This document shows positions 48,771 through 63,310 of a stretch of 64,000 bases of DNA, one piece after another. Each line of letters starts with the position of its first letter. Within the stretch, counting starts at the first letter, position 1. The stretch comes from Rebecca billardiae RCC1528 (taxonomy: Eukaryota; Protista; Haptophyta). Made by a program: the position numbers and the translations under genes. The notes beneath the pieces were generated by a model. The model had not been told where the DNA came from. It ran no database searches and saw only the letters and a program-made list of their open reading frames with translations. The stretch lies in contig OZ251254.1 of NCBI GenBank assembly GCA_965240325.2, positions 124,001 through 188,000 of the forward strand. Reading direction: 5' to 3'.

Positions 48771-49658
48771 CGGGCGTGAGGACACCAACGTGTCTGTCTG
48801 GCTGGTGCGCGCGGGCCTGTAGGGTGGGCTCGTGCGCTCGGTGGGTCGATCTGTCGCCCAAGCGGCGGCCCAGGAGTTTGTTGAGAACGAAGGCAAAGAC
48901 ACAAAGCGTTTGCGGGCGAAGCTCCGAGGGAGAAGGAGGGTGAGGAGGGTTTCCACGGCCTGCCCGCGGGGGCGCAGCTGCGCGGCAGCGGGTGGCGTGA
49001 GCCCCGGATGGGAGGAGTGCGCAGAGGGCCTCTGTGCGAAAACCTTGGCGAACAATAGTGAACGTTCGCCGCGAATGGCCCGATTTTTTTCGGAGTTCTG
49101 CGCGCGACTCGATGCGAATCTTTGCTCGACTTCTCTTATGCGTCAGGCACGTTTACGCTTCGTCGCACGCGCGGCCCCGAGCGCAGCTGCGATCTGCGCA
49201 GGCGAGCGCCTCGAGATTGTGAGCTGGGCCCTGGAGCGAATCGGGCACAAGAACGGCGAACCATCGCAAAACCTGGCGAACATCGAATATGTACGGATGA
49301 CGACGTTCCGAGATGATGATCGACGCATATGACCGACAAGAGTCGACGAGTTGGTTCGGAACGACCTACTGGCCTCATATTGACGCAGCAAGCGAATCGG
49401 CGTTATCTGCCTTCCCCTTTACACGCCTTGCGAATACGCGTCGCGCAGAATGATCTACGGAATGCTGCGTACACAGCGAGAATAGGACGAGCGAACCGAC
49501 GCTTAAACACGCGGCGTCTGGGGACAACGCCGTGAGTACAAAGCGTCAAAGCCCGTCACGATGACGATATAGGGGTACCTTGGGGAGTCGTCGTCGTACC
49601 CAGTCCGGCGTTCTTCCGGACAAGGATGCGGAACGACCGGCGACTAGATGAATGACGA

Positions 49659-50076
49659 TCAGTCCATGCCCGGCGGCGCCGCGCCCAGCCAGTCGATGCG
49701 CGCGTCGGGCCAGCGCGTGCGCAGCACCTGCGCGCGGCGGCGCGGCGGGCGGGCGCGGGCGCGGGCGGGCGTGAGCGCGCCGCCAGCCACCCGCCGCGCG
49801 CCCGCGCCGCGCGCCCCCCTCCGCACCTCCTCGAGCGCGCGCGACGAGTCGGCGCCGCCGCCCGCGCCGCCGCCGCCGCCGAGCGCGCCGTCCGCGCCCG
49901 CGCCGAGCGCGGGCGTGAGGCGGAAGGGCGTGAGGTGCCGCCGGCCGTTGGTCGCGGCGCCGTCCAGCCCGTTGTAGTGGTACAGCTGCAGCGCCGCCGC
50001 GCCGCCGCCGCCGCCGCCGCCCTCGGGCGCGTCGGCGGCGGCGCCAGACTCGGCGACGTCCGCGCCCGCCGCCGCC

Positions 50077-50113
<37 letters not shown>

Positions 50114-50396
50114 GCGGCGCGGTGGAGGCGGCGCTGCTGCAGTCGGGCGGCATCTGCGCGCCGCCGCCCTCGCCCTCGCCCAGCACGATCGTCGGCGCCG
50201 CCGGCCGCGCGGCGCACGTCGGCGTGGCCGCGGCGGGGCGCAGGACGAGCGCCGTCGACCCGCCCGCCGCAGCGCCGGTGCCGCCGGTGCCGCCGCCGCC
50301 GCCGCCGCCGAGCGAGCCGGCGGCCTCCGCGTCCCACTCGGCCTGCAGCCGGCGCGCCATCGCCTCGTCGTCCTCGAGCTGGCTGCCCGCGCCGCC

Positions 50397-50427
<31 letters not shown>

Positions 50428-50702
50428 CTCGCGCCGCCGCTCCCGCCGCTCCCGCCGCTCCCGCCGCCGCCGCTCGCGCCGCCGCCCGCGCCGGGCGCGC
50501 CGCTGAGCACCTCCGACAAGGGCCGCCCCGCCAGCAGCGGTGCGCACGCGCGCCAAAAGTCGTCCCAGACGATGACGCCGGTGCCGGGCAGCTCGAGGCG
50601 CGCCTGCAGCCGGCGCAGCCCGTCCGCGCCGCACGCCGCCACCGCCTCCTCCAGCCCGAGCGCGCGCAGCACCGCCGGCAGCTGCGCCGCGCCGATCAGT
50701 GA

Positions 50703-50770
<68 letters not shown>

Positions 50771-50772
50771 CC

Positions 50773-50809
<37 letters not shown>

Positions 50810-51581
50810 CCGCGCCGCCGCCGTCCGCGGCGGCGCCGCCGGTGGCGGCGGCGTCGGCGGCGGCGCCACCGGCGGCGCTGGCGAAGGCGCGCCTCGCCCT
50901 GTCCAGCGCGCGCTCCGCCGCGCTCGCCCTCGCCGCGCCCGCGTCCGCGCCGAACACGATCGAGAAGTGGCTCGCGCTGCCCACCAGCCACAGCGGCGCG
51001 CGCGGACGTTTCAGGAAACTTCCGACCTCGCACAGCCGGAACGCCTCGAGGTGGGTGAGGTAGCCGACGTGCGGGCGGGCGGAGACGCCGCGCAGCTCGA
51101 GGCCCGGCGCGAGCCGCACCGCCCCGTCGAACACGTTCGACGTGCCGCGCCCCGTCAGCGCCAGGTTCACCAGCTCCTGGCTGCAGTGCCCAAACTGCGC
51201 GGCCATGCGCACCTCTGCGCCCGCGTCCACGTCCGCGGCCACGCCGGCGGGCGTGCGCGTGCGGAGGAGGGAGAGGAGGAAGCAGAGCACGCCGGGCCCG
51301 CGGGACCAGTGCGCGAGCAGCGCGCCGCGCAGCGCGCGCCGCGCCGCGCCCAGCCCCGCCGCGTCAGCCGCGCCGTACGCCGCCGCGGCGAAGCCGCACG
51401 AGCCGCCGCCGAGCGCCGCGGGGCGCAGCCGCGCGCCCGCGGGCTCGGGCGCGTGCACGAGGCTGATCGCGGGCGCCGACGGGTCGGCGGCGAGCGCGGC
51501 GCGGCGGAGCACGATGAGCAGCGCCTCGGCCAGCGCGTCGTCGCGCTCCGCCGCCGTGGGCGACGGCAGCGCGCGCGGCGC

Positions 51582-51616
<35 letters not shown>

Positions 51617-51926
51617 CGCCGCCGTCGTCGTCGCCGTCGCCGCCCGAGGGCGGCGGCTCGTCGGCCGACGCGCCGAAGAGGAGGACGCGGAGCAGCTCCG
51701 CGTTCACCACCGCGAGCACGCCGCACGGCCCGCCCGCCGCCTGCCGCAGCCCGAACGGCACCTCGTCGCGGAAGGCGAAGCCCTCCGCGTGCCAGCGCTG
51801 CACGTCCTCCGCCTGCACGCACGCGTCGGCGAAGACGAGCGAGGCGAGCTCGGCGAGCTCGGCGGGGGTGAGCGGCGTGCTCGGCAGCCCGCCGCCCGGC
51901 CCGCCCGCCGGCGCGTCGCCCAGCAT
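49659..51926 (-). CDS. MINDY3: MINDY3/4-family (FAM188) deubiquitinase; one intron ~49825-49729
   Basis: GLRQAAGGPCGVLAVV (catalytic Cys), GHCSQELVNLALTGRGTSNVFDG, PLWLVGSASHFSIVF (His), LYHYNGL, VLRTRWP; MIU-like DDEAMARRLQAEWD. Confidence 0.88.
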
Positions 51927-52031
51927 CGCGCGCGCGCGCTGATTGGCCGGGGCGATCGCCGAGCCGACGGCGCCGAGCAAGCAGCAGCCCGACCGACGAG
52001 CTGGGCTGGCTCCGCAGCCCACCGCTTCAAG

Positions 52032-53560
52032 TTCATGCTCGGAAGTCCCACAGCGGGACTTCCCCGAGCTTACAGGATCGCCAGTGAAGACCTCCCGCGC
52101 CCCTCGAGATCATACGGAGTTGGCGGCGAGATCGCGCTCTTGCGGCGGCGGCGGGCGGGAGCGCGCGCCGGCGCTCGCTCGCGCGCTCGCTGCCCGCAGC
52201 GCGCGCGTCAGGTCGTCGCGAGCGCTCGCGCACCGGCGCTAGGGCGCGTGCCACCTGCGCACGCCGCTCGTTCGCGCCTGCGCGCTCCGCTCCGCCGCTG
52301 CGGCCCTTGCGAGCGCTCGCCGTGTCCTGCGCCGGTGCTGGGCCGCGTCGAAAGCCTGGTTGTGCGGCCAGCCAAGTGTGGCGTTTGCGGCTTGGCGCGC
52401 GAGCGCGCGACGCAGCGGATGGCGCGTGTAAGCCGCCCAGCCAGCGTCACTCGCCTCGTGCGCCGCGCGCCGACCGCGTGCCCCAGATTCGACGCCGAGC
52501 GCTGCTCGGTCACAGTGAGACGGGTCGGCGCTCCGCATCGCAGAGCCGCGCGTGGTCGCGCAGAAGAGGCCGCGCGTGGCCGGCGCGGCCGCTGTGTGCC
52601 ATGGTCCAGACTTCAATCGCGTCCGCGGCAGGTGAGAACGCTCGCCTCGCCCAAGCAGTCACAAATCTTTTGCCCGTACACAGACACGTGAGGTGGATTC
52701 AGAACGGGTGTCTCGAGGTCACGCCGTCACCGATCGTAGCCACATAAGCCATTGCATGGAAGAGCTGCGCTCACGGAGATCGCGCGCGTGTCATCAGCGC
52801 ACTACTAGACCATGACCATCGAGTTCTTGAAGCCGTCGACCAATGGAGTAGGATGGATTTGTTCGAGCCCACTGCTGGCGGCATGAGATACGGCCCGGCA
52901 CGCAGGGTCAGGTCAAGTCGCCCACTCGTGAGTGCGGCGTGACCACTTGGGCAAGGCAAGCAACTGAGGACGCGATTGAGGTCTGGGCCACGGCACACAG
53001 CGGCCGCGCCGGCCACGCGCGGCCTCTTCTGCGCGACCACGCGCGGCTCTGCGATGCGGAGCGCCGACCCGTCTCACCGTGACCGAGCAGCGCTCGGCGT
53101 CGAATCTGGGGCGTGCGGTCGGCGCGCGGCGCACGAGGCGAGTGACGCTGGCTGGGCGGCTCACACGCGCCATCCGCTGCGTCGCGCGCTCGCGCGCCAA
53201 GCCGCAAACGCCACACTTGGCTGGCCGCACAACCAGGCTTTCGACGCGGCCCAGCACCGGCGCAGGACACGGCGAGCGCTCGCAAGGGCCGCAGCGGCGG
53301 AGCGGAGCGCGCAGGCGCGAACGAGCGGCGTGCGCAGGTGGCACGCGCCCTAGCGCCGGTGCGCGAGCGCTCGCGACGACCTGACGCGCGCGCTGCGGGC
53401 AGCGAGCGCGCGAGCGAGCGCCGGCGCGCGCTCCCGCCCGCCGCCGCCGCAAGAGCGCGATCTCGCCGCCAACTCCGTATGATCTCGAGGGGCGCGGGAG
53501 GTCTTCACTGGCGATCCTGTAAGCTCGGAGAAGTCCCGCTGTGGGACTTCCGAGCATGAA
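52032..53560. mobile_element. Foldback element: 593-bp inverted arms, 343-bp spacer
   Basis: 52032-52624 is the near-perfect reverse complement of 52968-53560; AAGTT occurs at both borders. Confidence 0.85.
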
Positions 53561-53625
53561 AGTTGTGCGCGCAGTCTCGCCGCTCGAGCTCGTCACAAGG
53601 CGGCACGTCCGGGCCGCGATCAGCA

Positions 53626-53941
53626 ATGGCGCCGCCGCGCGGCGCGCTCGGCGCGCGCGCAAGGACAGCCGTGCTCGCGGCGCTCGCGGCGCACGCGGCG
53701 TCGGCCGAGCACGCGCGCGCGCGCTCCCTGCCGTGCGTGTGGCACGCGCCCGGTGGCCGCGTCTACGACCTCACCCCGCTGCGCGACGCCACCGCCGAGC
53801 GCCGCGCGCGCGTCTTCACGTCGGGCGCGGGCGGGCGCGGCCAGTTCGAGTACGAGCTCTCGGTGTGCGCGGAGCACGCGCGCGCGTGCGGCTCGGGCGC
53901 GCCGGCGCTCGCCGTGCGCCGCGGCGCGCGCGCCGCGCCGC

Positions 53942-53980
<39 letters not shown>

Positions 53981-54804
53981 CCGCGGCCAACTCGAGCGCG
54001 CCGGCCGCGCGCGACGGCGCGCCCGCCGCCGAGTGCGTCTCGCTCGGCGCGCTCTCGACGCAGGCGTTCGCGGCGCTGCCGCGCGCGCCCGAGGGCGGCG
54101 GCGTGGTGCTCACGTACTCGGGCGGCGCGCCGTGCGCCGCCAACGCCTCGCGCACCCACGCCCTCCAGCTCCAGCTGCCGTGCGCGCCCAGCGCGGCGGT
54201 GGGCGCGCCGCGCACCATCAACGCGGCCGCGCGCGACGGCTGCGTCGCCGTCGTGTACTGGCCGAGCGCGGCGGGGTGCTGGCGCGCGGCGCCGGTGTGG
54301 GTGGGCCGCGCGCGGCTCGGCGCCGCCCTCGCCGCCGCCCTCGCCGCCGCGTACTGCGCCCTCGGCGCGTGGTGGAAGGCGCGCTTCCTGGGCGTGCGCG
54401 GCCTCGAGGCGATGCCGCACGTGGGCGCGGTGCGCGCGGCGGGCGCGCGCGCGGCCGCCGCGCGCGCGGCGCTCGCGCGGCGGTGCCTGCCGCGCGCGCG
54501 GCGGCGCGCGGGGTACGCGGCGGTGGCGCGCGCGCGCGCGCCGCCAGCCGCGCACGCACAGCCCGCCGACGACGACGCGCCGGCGCGCGGCGCGCGAGCC
54601 GCGCCGGGCGGCGCGCGCCGCGCCGACGGCGCCGCCGACGGCGACGGCGGCGGCGAGTACGACGGGCGCGCGGGCAGCAGCGACGCGGGCGGCTCGGCCG
54701 GCGACGCGAGTGGCGGCGCGCCGACGGCGCGCTTCGACAGCATCGAGCTCGGCATCCTCAACGGCGCGGGCAGGCGCACCGACCACGAGAGTCGCGCGGC
54801 ATAG
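53626..54804 (+). CDS. Mannose-6-phosphate receptor homology (MRH) membrane protein, CD-M6PR/ATG27-like
   Basis: Signal peptide; C...VYDLTPL...YELSVC...LTYSGGAPC...C..YWPSAAGC; TM followed by GVRGLEAMPH. Confidence 0.8.
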
Positions 54805-55309
54805 CTGAGCCGCTCCCCGGGCGCGGCGAGTCACCGGCCGCGCGACTGCCGGCCGGGATACATCAATTACATGATGATGCATGCTACTACTATGATGATG
54901 GGCTCTGGCTTCGGTTGACCCCTGCCAGCGACGGGCACTGTGAGCTCCTTCATGAAGTCACTCGAGTGAAAACTGCACAGGAGGACCTCAATGGATGCCT
55001 ACTGATATAGATGATGATGACTTCTAAATAATCTATATAATGTCACTGTGTATAAGAGGCGATACGACTCATCATCGCGTCCGTCCGATCATCACTATTA
55101 TATATATAAGTACCACAGCAACGACTTCTTTTTTAAAGCGGCCGTTAGCGTGTCCATCGGCCGGACCATTCAGGCGGGCATTGCCGGGTTGCACCCGGCA
55201 ATGCTGCATTCACCCCGGTCCTACCGGAATGCAGGGCTCGCCCCGCTGGCCTACAGCTCTGTGACCGTCAGCGCCGCGCGCCACATACCAGGCCACCACG
55301 ACTTCATCA

Positions 55310-55670
55310 ATACTGCTGCACGCATGATGGTACCAGTAGTGACAGAGTACTGGCGGTACCGTGCTGCTCGCATGGTATGGTACTGCTGCGCGCATGGTAT
55401 GGTACTGCTGCGTGCATGATGGTATGGTACTGCTGCGCGCATGGTATGGTACTGCTGTGCGCATGGTAGTATGGTACTCTGCTGCACGCATGATCAGGAG
55501 TATGTACTGCTGCTGCGCGCATGGTATGGTACTGCCGCGTGCATGGTATGGTACTGCTGCACGCATGATGGTATGGTACTGGCGGTACTGCTGCGCGCAT
55601 GGTATGGCACTGCTGTGCGCATGGTATGGTACTGCTGCGTGCATGGTATGCCGTACTGCTGCACGCAAGA
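55310..55670. repeat. Degenerate ~22-bp minisatellite (GCATGGTATGGTACTGCTGCGC)n
   Basis: About a dozen imperfect tandem units. Confidence 0.85.
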
Positions 55671-56245
55671 CTACAAGCGCGCAGGTGGTGGGAGCCGCAA
55701 GCAGAAGCAAGCGCGCAGGTGGTGGGAGTGCTCGCAGGTGGTGGGAGAAGCAAGAAGCAGCAGCTCGAAGCAGCAGGCACTCCGATGCGGCACCTCCCGA
55801 AGCTGCTGCATCCTTCTGACCGCCCGCGGTTTGCGGACCGGAAGCGTCCGCGACTGCGAGCCGCACGCGCACGCGGTGCGCGCAGCGGTCATGGCGCTGG
55901 GTCCGGCGAGCAGCCGGGGTGAGGTTCAGGTACGAGGGGCACACACTATTCCGCATGCGCCTTGGCACCGACCACGCGCCGCATCCACTGGGAGATCTGC
56001 GGCCGCAAGAAGCGCGCGCCTTGGCGAGGGCGAAGCATCGTAGACCCGCCTGCGCGCAGTGCTTCCGCACCGCCGGCCGGGGCGGTCCGGCACTGCTTGC
56101 TTGGTGTTTGTCCGGCTTCCTCAGCATCATGACATCATCACAGTCCTCACTCCTTCACCGATCACTGTGCACCGATCTCTTGAAGGGAGCGAGCAACGGC
56201 GGAGGACGAAGCTGAAGCAGTGTGCTCTTGCCGAACCGCGTGGTC

Positions 56246-58270
<2,025 letters not shown>

Positions 58271-58573
58271 GGGGAGTCGACTGCTGACAGATTGCACGAA
58301 AAACCGTTGGCCCCAATTGGGATCTGACTAAACTGTATTCCTCGGGATACCTATTGGAAGGCCATCAACTTTGTAAGAATCACCGGACTTCGCGTGTCCT
58401 ACCGGAAAACTCGCTCCGCTCGCATGCTTGTTCTGACAGAACAACCAATGCGAGCGGGGCTCGCGATTATTTTACGGAAAATTACTATGCGCTGCGCGCG
58501 CGCGCCCAGCGGGCGGCGCGCGCGCGCGACTAGTCCCCCCTGCATGCCCTAACCGTCAGCTGCCTGATTCCCG

Positions 58574-61500
58574 CTACCCAGCCCCGCTGCCGTCGCGCGC
58601 GACATCCGCGCCGTCGCTCACCGTCGCCGAGGCCGAGCGCGCCGCCGCCCTCAATTTGCTCTTGAGTGCCGACAAGTCCTCCTCCGGAAGCCCAGCCTCC
58701 TCGCGCACGAGCTTGCGCGCCGCGATGTACTCGTCGACCAGGTCGTGCGCGCCGGCCTTCGCCTTGCGCTGCCATTCGCGCTGCCGCTTGCCCTCCTTCT
58801 TCAGCCAGAGCCGCCGCACCTTGTCGCCGAACTCCTCCTCCGCCCACGTCGCAAGCGACACGCGGCGCAGGAGCTGCGCGGCCGTCGAGATGTGCGGCTG
58901 CACCGTCGACTTCTTCCCCTCGGCATACTCGCGGACGAACGAGTCGAGCGACTTGCGCGCGTTCACGAGCGGCATCGCCCGCTTGGTCACCTGCACGAAG
59001 TGCTCCTGCACCTGCTCGTCCGCGAGCTGCACGAGGTGGCCCCACCGCCTGATCAGCAGAGGCAAGACGAACCGCGCGATCGTCTTGTACTGCGAGGTGA
59101 CCGGCTTGAGGACGAACAGGTCGAGCGCCTCGACCCACGCCGTCGCGGCTGCCTCAACCTCGTCCGCACGCTTCGCGCGGCCATCGTCATCGTCCGTGTA
59201 GCCGCGCGAGGAGACGAGGTCGTGCAGCTGCCACGTGAGCATGAGCAGGCGGCAGAAGAGTGCCATGCGCGGCATGTCCGCGATCTCGGCCTTCAACTGC
59301 GCCTCGTCGTCAAAGCCGATCTCGTCCATCATCTCGCGCTCCTCCTCGTCCTGCATGTCCGAGATGCGCGCGTCCTCGTCGCCGCTGTCCGCCGCGCCCG
59401 CGCTGCTCGCGCCGTCGAGATCCGCGTCGATCTTCCACACGACCTGCACCAACGCCCAGAAGACCGCGTGCGTGCGCAGCAGCGAGATGCCGTCGCCGCG
59501 GAGGTCGGGCACGCCGATCTCGTTGGTGCGCGTGCGCCGCTTGGGCACTCGCACAGGCACGCCCGCGTTCTTGAACAGGACGATCAGGTCGTACTTGGTG
59601 AGCGGCGCGTCGCGGCCGTACAGCTCGTCCACCTCCCTCCACAGCGCCGACAGCACCGGCTTGAAAGTGTCGTGCTTGAAGTGCATGATGCCGGGGAAGT
59701 AGTTGACGTGCTCGAGCTCCAGCTGCGGTAGCAGCCACTGGTTCTCGTGCAGCTTCTGGTCGACGATGCGCTCGGCGTCCTTCGAGTCGTCGGCGAGAAG
59801 GCGGCGGCGCTTGGTCATCTCGGCGTCGCACTCGCCCTGGTCGGCAGGCGTGACCTTGCACGCAGGGCACGTCACGCCCGGGTCCGCGTGGCACAGCGCG
59901 CGCGCGCGCTTGTACGTGCGCAGCCGCCACTGAGGCGAGCCGCCGTCCGCGCCCGCCTCCTTGACCGCCCACACGTTGAAGCGGAGCGGCGAGACGTTGT
60001 GCGAGCCCTGGCCGGCGAGGCTGGCAAGGTTGACATAATCGCCGGTGTACGTGATGATGGCCTTCTGCTCCTCCGCGTAGTCGGCCGCCTCGCCGCCGCC
60101 GCCAAAACCGCCGCCGGCCGCGCCGCCCGCCGCGCCGGCAGCGCCGGCCGCGCCGGCCGCGCCGGCCGCGCCGGCCGCGCCGCCGGCCGCGGCGGCCGCG
60201 GCGGCCGCGGCGGCCGCGCCGCCGGCCGTGCCCGCGCTCGGGTTGCCAGCCGCGCTGCTCGCCGCGCCGCCGGCCGCGCCACCGGCCGCGCGGACGCCAG
60301 CGCCGGCGGTGCCGCCAGCCACGCCGCTGCCGCTGCCGCTGCCGCCCGCGCCGCCCGCGCCGCCCGCGCCGCCGCCAGCGCCCGCGCCCGCGTTACCAGC
60401 CGCGCCGCCGGCCGCGCCGCCGGCCGCGCGGACGCCAGCGCCGGCGGTGCCGCCAGCCACGCCGCTGCCGCTGCCGCCCGCGCCGCCCGCGCCGCCCGTG
60501 CCGCCGGCCGTGCCGCCGGCCGTGCCGCCGGCCGCGCCGCCGGCCGCGCCGCGGGCCTCGCCGCGGCCCGCGCCGCCGGCCGCGCCGGCTGTGACGGCCG
60601 CGGCCGCGCCGCCGGCCGCGCCGGCCACACGTGCGGTGGCGGCAGCAGGCGGCGTCGGTCGCGGCGGAAGCAGGCCGCTCCGGATCACGTCATTGATCGC
60701 GTCGGCGTGCGCACTCCATAACTCGGACATGTCCGAGTCCGGCCGCTCCGAGATGGCGATCGCCTCTGACGACGCGAGCGCGCCGTAGTTGACGCCCCAG
60801 CCGTTGCGCACGATGGCGATCGTGGCCGTGCGCGAGTGAGCCGTGTTGCCCGCGTCCGCCGAGAGGAGGAGGACGTGCGGCTGCCCGCGCGGGCGCGCGG
60901 ACTTGCCGTTGCGCTCCGAGCGATCCAGCACGGCGTGCACGGCCTGCGCCCACGGCCGCGCCGCCGACTCGCTGCCGATCATGAGCACGCCCGCGCCCGC
61001 GTGCTCGCGATCGCGCTGCGCGACCTCTCGAGAGCCAGCCGCCGGCGGCGGGATCGGGTGGCGGATCGGCTCGCGGCCGAAGCCGCCGCGGAAGACGGTG
61101 CGAGCCGAGTGCTCGCCCGTCACCGGGTGGATCTCCTTCCCCACCCACTCGCGCCACGTGTCGAACTGCGCGTCCGTGACGTTCTTCGAGACGAGGTAGC
61201 CGGCGACGTCGTGGTGCGTCTGATGAGATTGAATCTCGCGCACAACGCCCACTGCGCCGCGGCGCTGCTGGAGGTAGGCGTGCCTCGCCCACGGCTTGCG
61301 CGAGCCGTCGTCTGCGCCCTCGAGCATCTCGTGCAGCACGAGGTCCATCACGTCGTCGGGCGTGCCACGCAGGATGTGCTCGATATGGTCCGCCTCCCCC
61401 CGCCTGCGCTTGCGGCACGCGTTGCTCGAGACCGAGAGAGATGGGCGCTGAGCGCGCTGCCGATGAGCGCCGTCCAGCCCGTTCAGCTCGGCGAGGTGCT

Positions 61501-63310
61501 CGAACTTGCCGGCGGCTCGGTCGGCGCGCTTGCGCGCGGCGTCCTTGTCGCGCTTGAGCTCGACAAGCTGCGACTGCTGCTCGTCGCAGAGCGACTGGGC
61601 GTGCGCGCACTGCTGCTCGAGCAGCTGCTGCGCGTGCAGCGCAGCCGCGAGCTCGTGCTCGACGCCGCTCAGCGCGTCAGCGGCGATGTGCTCGGTCGCG
61701 GTGAGGCGGCGCTCCAACTCGAGGGCCCGATCGCGCTGCGCGTCGGCGGCGCGCTGCGCAGCTGCGGCCCGCGCGTTCGCCTCTTCGAGATCGCGCCGAA
61801 GCTTCGCCTGCGCCTGCTCCGCCTCGGCGTCGTGGCGGGTGCGCGCATCCGCGCTGTGCCCGGCGCGGTACCCGGCGAGCACAGCGCGCCTCTCCGCGGC
61901 AGCAGCGGCGGCGCGCGCGGCGGCGATCCGGTCGAGGGCCTCGCGCTCGATGTTCTCGCACTCGAGCTTGACGGCGGCGATCACCACGTCGAGAACCGGC
62001 TCGAGATCGACGGCGGCCGAGTTGACGATGTCCTCGCGCTGCCGCACCGCGTCGTCGCGCTCGCGCTCGAGCTCGCCGTTGAAGTGCTCGAGCTCGGTCA
62101 CACGTGTGCGCAGCGAGGTGAGCTCGAGCTCGGAAGGGACGCTGCGCGTGCTGTGCGAGCGCCGCAACTGCTGCTCGAGCTCGGCCACGTGCTGCAGCTC
62201 GGCCATGCGCCTTCGACCCCGTGCTGTCTGCTCGTCCGCCTCTGCCTCGGGCGTCGGCGCCACGCTGCCAGCCGAGCGCGTGAGAGGCCGCTGGCGGGTG
62301 GGCGCGGCCGAGAGCAGCACGGCAGGCGGCGGCGACATGAAGGCGGGCGAGGCGACGGCAGGTGACCTCGGCGGCAGCAGCTCTTCCGCCGACCCACCGA
62401 CGAACGACTGCGCCGCCGCGCCAGCGAGGAGGAGTGGCGGCGCGGGCTGGCGGGAGGCGCTGCGCGTGACCGCGGGCGACGGCGCAGCGGCAGCAGGAAA
62501 GCTCAAGGCGGAGGAGGCGTTGGTAGTGGCGGGCGAGAAGACGAGGTGGTCGGCGTGAGCGGGAAGAGACGAGAAGCGGGCAGCGACGACGGCGGGAGAC
62601 AAATCGGCGGCGGCGGCGGCGGCTGATGCCGCCGCCTCGCCGCCATCAGCTCGAAGGAGAGCGAGCGCGCGCGCGGTCGGTGGACGGGCGGCATCATGCG
62701 GCGAGGACAGCGGCTGCGGCTGCGGCCGCGGCCGCGGCCGCGGCCGCGGCTGCGGCGGCTGCACGAGCGGCGGAGGCAGGTGCGGAGGCGCCGACGGCAG
62801 CTGCGGCGGTGGCGGAAGCGACGGCAGCGGCGGCGGCCCCAACGGAGGCAGCGGCTGGGTGTCCGCGACCGCGTAGGGCATCACGGCGGCGGACGATGGA
62901 TCGGATGGCGCGTCGGCGCAGAGGCCGGGCGTGAGACCGAGGACTGGAACATGCGAGAGAGGCTGAGAATGAGAATGCAGATGGGCATGCGTGGGATCGA
63001 GGGCAGAGAGATCGAGGGGGGGATGCGGCGCGACCGCGCCGTCACCAGCTGGCGCGCGACGCCATCGGGCGCTGCTCGCTGCTCGGCGAGTGGCGGTCAG
63101 CTGCTCGCGCTGCGCGCGGCGCGCTCTCCAGTCCGCGCGCTTGCGCCGTGAGACGTCGGACTCGGGCGGCGCCGCCGGTGCCGCCGCGGCGGGCGCCGCG
63201 GCAGGCGCTGCCGGCGGCGCGCCCGTGAGCTCCGACGGGCCCTTCGTCACAGACGGCGTGCGCCGCCAGCCCCGCCTCCGCCGCGGCGCATCGAGACGCC
63301 CTGCGCGCAC
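58574..63310 (-). CDS. Putative DDE transposase, Transib/RAG1/Chapaev-like core with long low-complexity/coiled-coil N-terminus; true start uncertain
   Basis: LLLSADAG (D1), YTGDYVNLASLAGQGS (D2), CPAC, PGIMHFKHD, QYKTIARFVLPLLIRRWGHLVQLADEQVQEH (E), in the order recalled for RAG1/Transib cores. Confidence 0.55.
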   Translation of the reverse strand: MRAGRLDAPRRRRGWRRTPSVTKGPSELTGAPPAAPAAAPAAAAPAAPPESDVSRRKRADWRARRAQREQLTATRRAASSARWRRAPAGDGAVAPHPPLDLSALDPTHAHLHSHSQPLSHVPVLGLTPGLCADAPSDPSSAAVMPYAVADTQPLPPLGPPPLPSLPPPPQLPSAPPHLPPPLVQPPQPRPRPRPRPQPQPLSSPHDAARPPTARALALLRADGGEAAASAAAAAADLSPAVVAARFSSLPAHADHLVFSPATTNASSALSFPAAAAPSPAVTRSASRQPAPPLLLAGAAAQSFVGGSAEELLPPRSPAVASPAFMSPPPAVLLSAAPTRQRPLTRSAGSVAPTPEAEADEQTARGRRRMAELQHVAELEQQLRRSHSTRSVPSELELTSLRTRVTELEHFNGELERERDDAVRQREDIVNSAAVDLEPVLDVVIAAVKLECENIEREALDRIAAARAAAAAAERRAVLAGYRAGHSADARTRHDAEAEQAQAKLRRDLEEANARAAAAQRAADAQRDRALELERRLTATEHIAADALSGVEHELAAALHAQQLLEQQCAHAQSLCDEQQSQLVELKRDKDAARKRADRAAGKFEHLAELNGLDGAHRQRAQRPSLSVSSNACRKRRRGEADHIEHILRGTPDDVMDLVLHEMLEGADDGSRKPWARHAYLQQRRGAVGVVREIQSHQTHHDVAGYLVSKNVTDAQFDTWREWVGKEIHPVTGEHSARTVFRGGFGREPIRHPIPPPAAGSREVAQRDREHAGAGVLMIGSESAARPWAQAVHAVLDRSERNGKSARPRGQPHVLLLSADAGNTAHSRTATIAIVRNGWGVNYGALASSEAIAISERPDSDMSELWSAHADAINDVIRSGLLPPRPTPPAAATARVAGAAGGAAAAVTAGAAGGAGRGEARGAAGGAAGGTAGGTAGGTGGAGGAGGSGSGVAGGTAGAGVRAAGGAAGGAAGNAGAGAGGGAGGAGGAGGSGSGSGVAGGTAGAGVRAAGGAAGGAASSAAGNPSAGTAGGAAAAAAAAAAAGGAAGAAGAAGAAGAAGAAGGAAGGGFGGGGEAADYAEEQKAIITYTGDYVNLASLAGQGSHNVSPLRFNVWAVKEAGADGGSPQWRLRTYKRARALCHADPGVTCPACKVTPADQGECDAEMTKRRRLLADDSKDAERIVDQKLHENQWLLPQLELEHVNYFPGIMHFKHDTFKPVLSALWREVDELYGRDAPLTKYDLIVLFKNAGVPVRVPKRRTRTNEIGVPDLRGDGISLLRTHAVFWALVQVVWKIDADLDGASSAGAADSGDEDARISDMQDEEEREMMDEIGFDDEAQLKAEIADMPRMALFCRLLMLTWQLHDLVSSRGYTDDDDGRAKRADEVEAAATAWVEALDLFVLKPVTSQYKTIARFVLPLLIRRWGHLVQLADEQVQEHFVQVTKRAMPLVNARKSLDSFVREYAEGKKSTVQPHISTAAQLLRRVSLATWAEEEFGDKVRRLWLKKEGKRQREWQRKAKAGAHDLVDEYIAARKLVREEAGLPEEDLSALKSKLRAAARSASATVSDGADVARDGSGAG

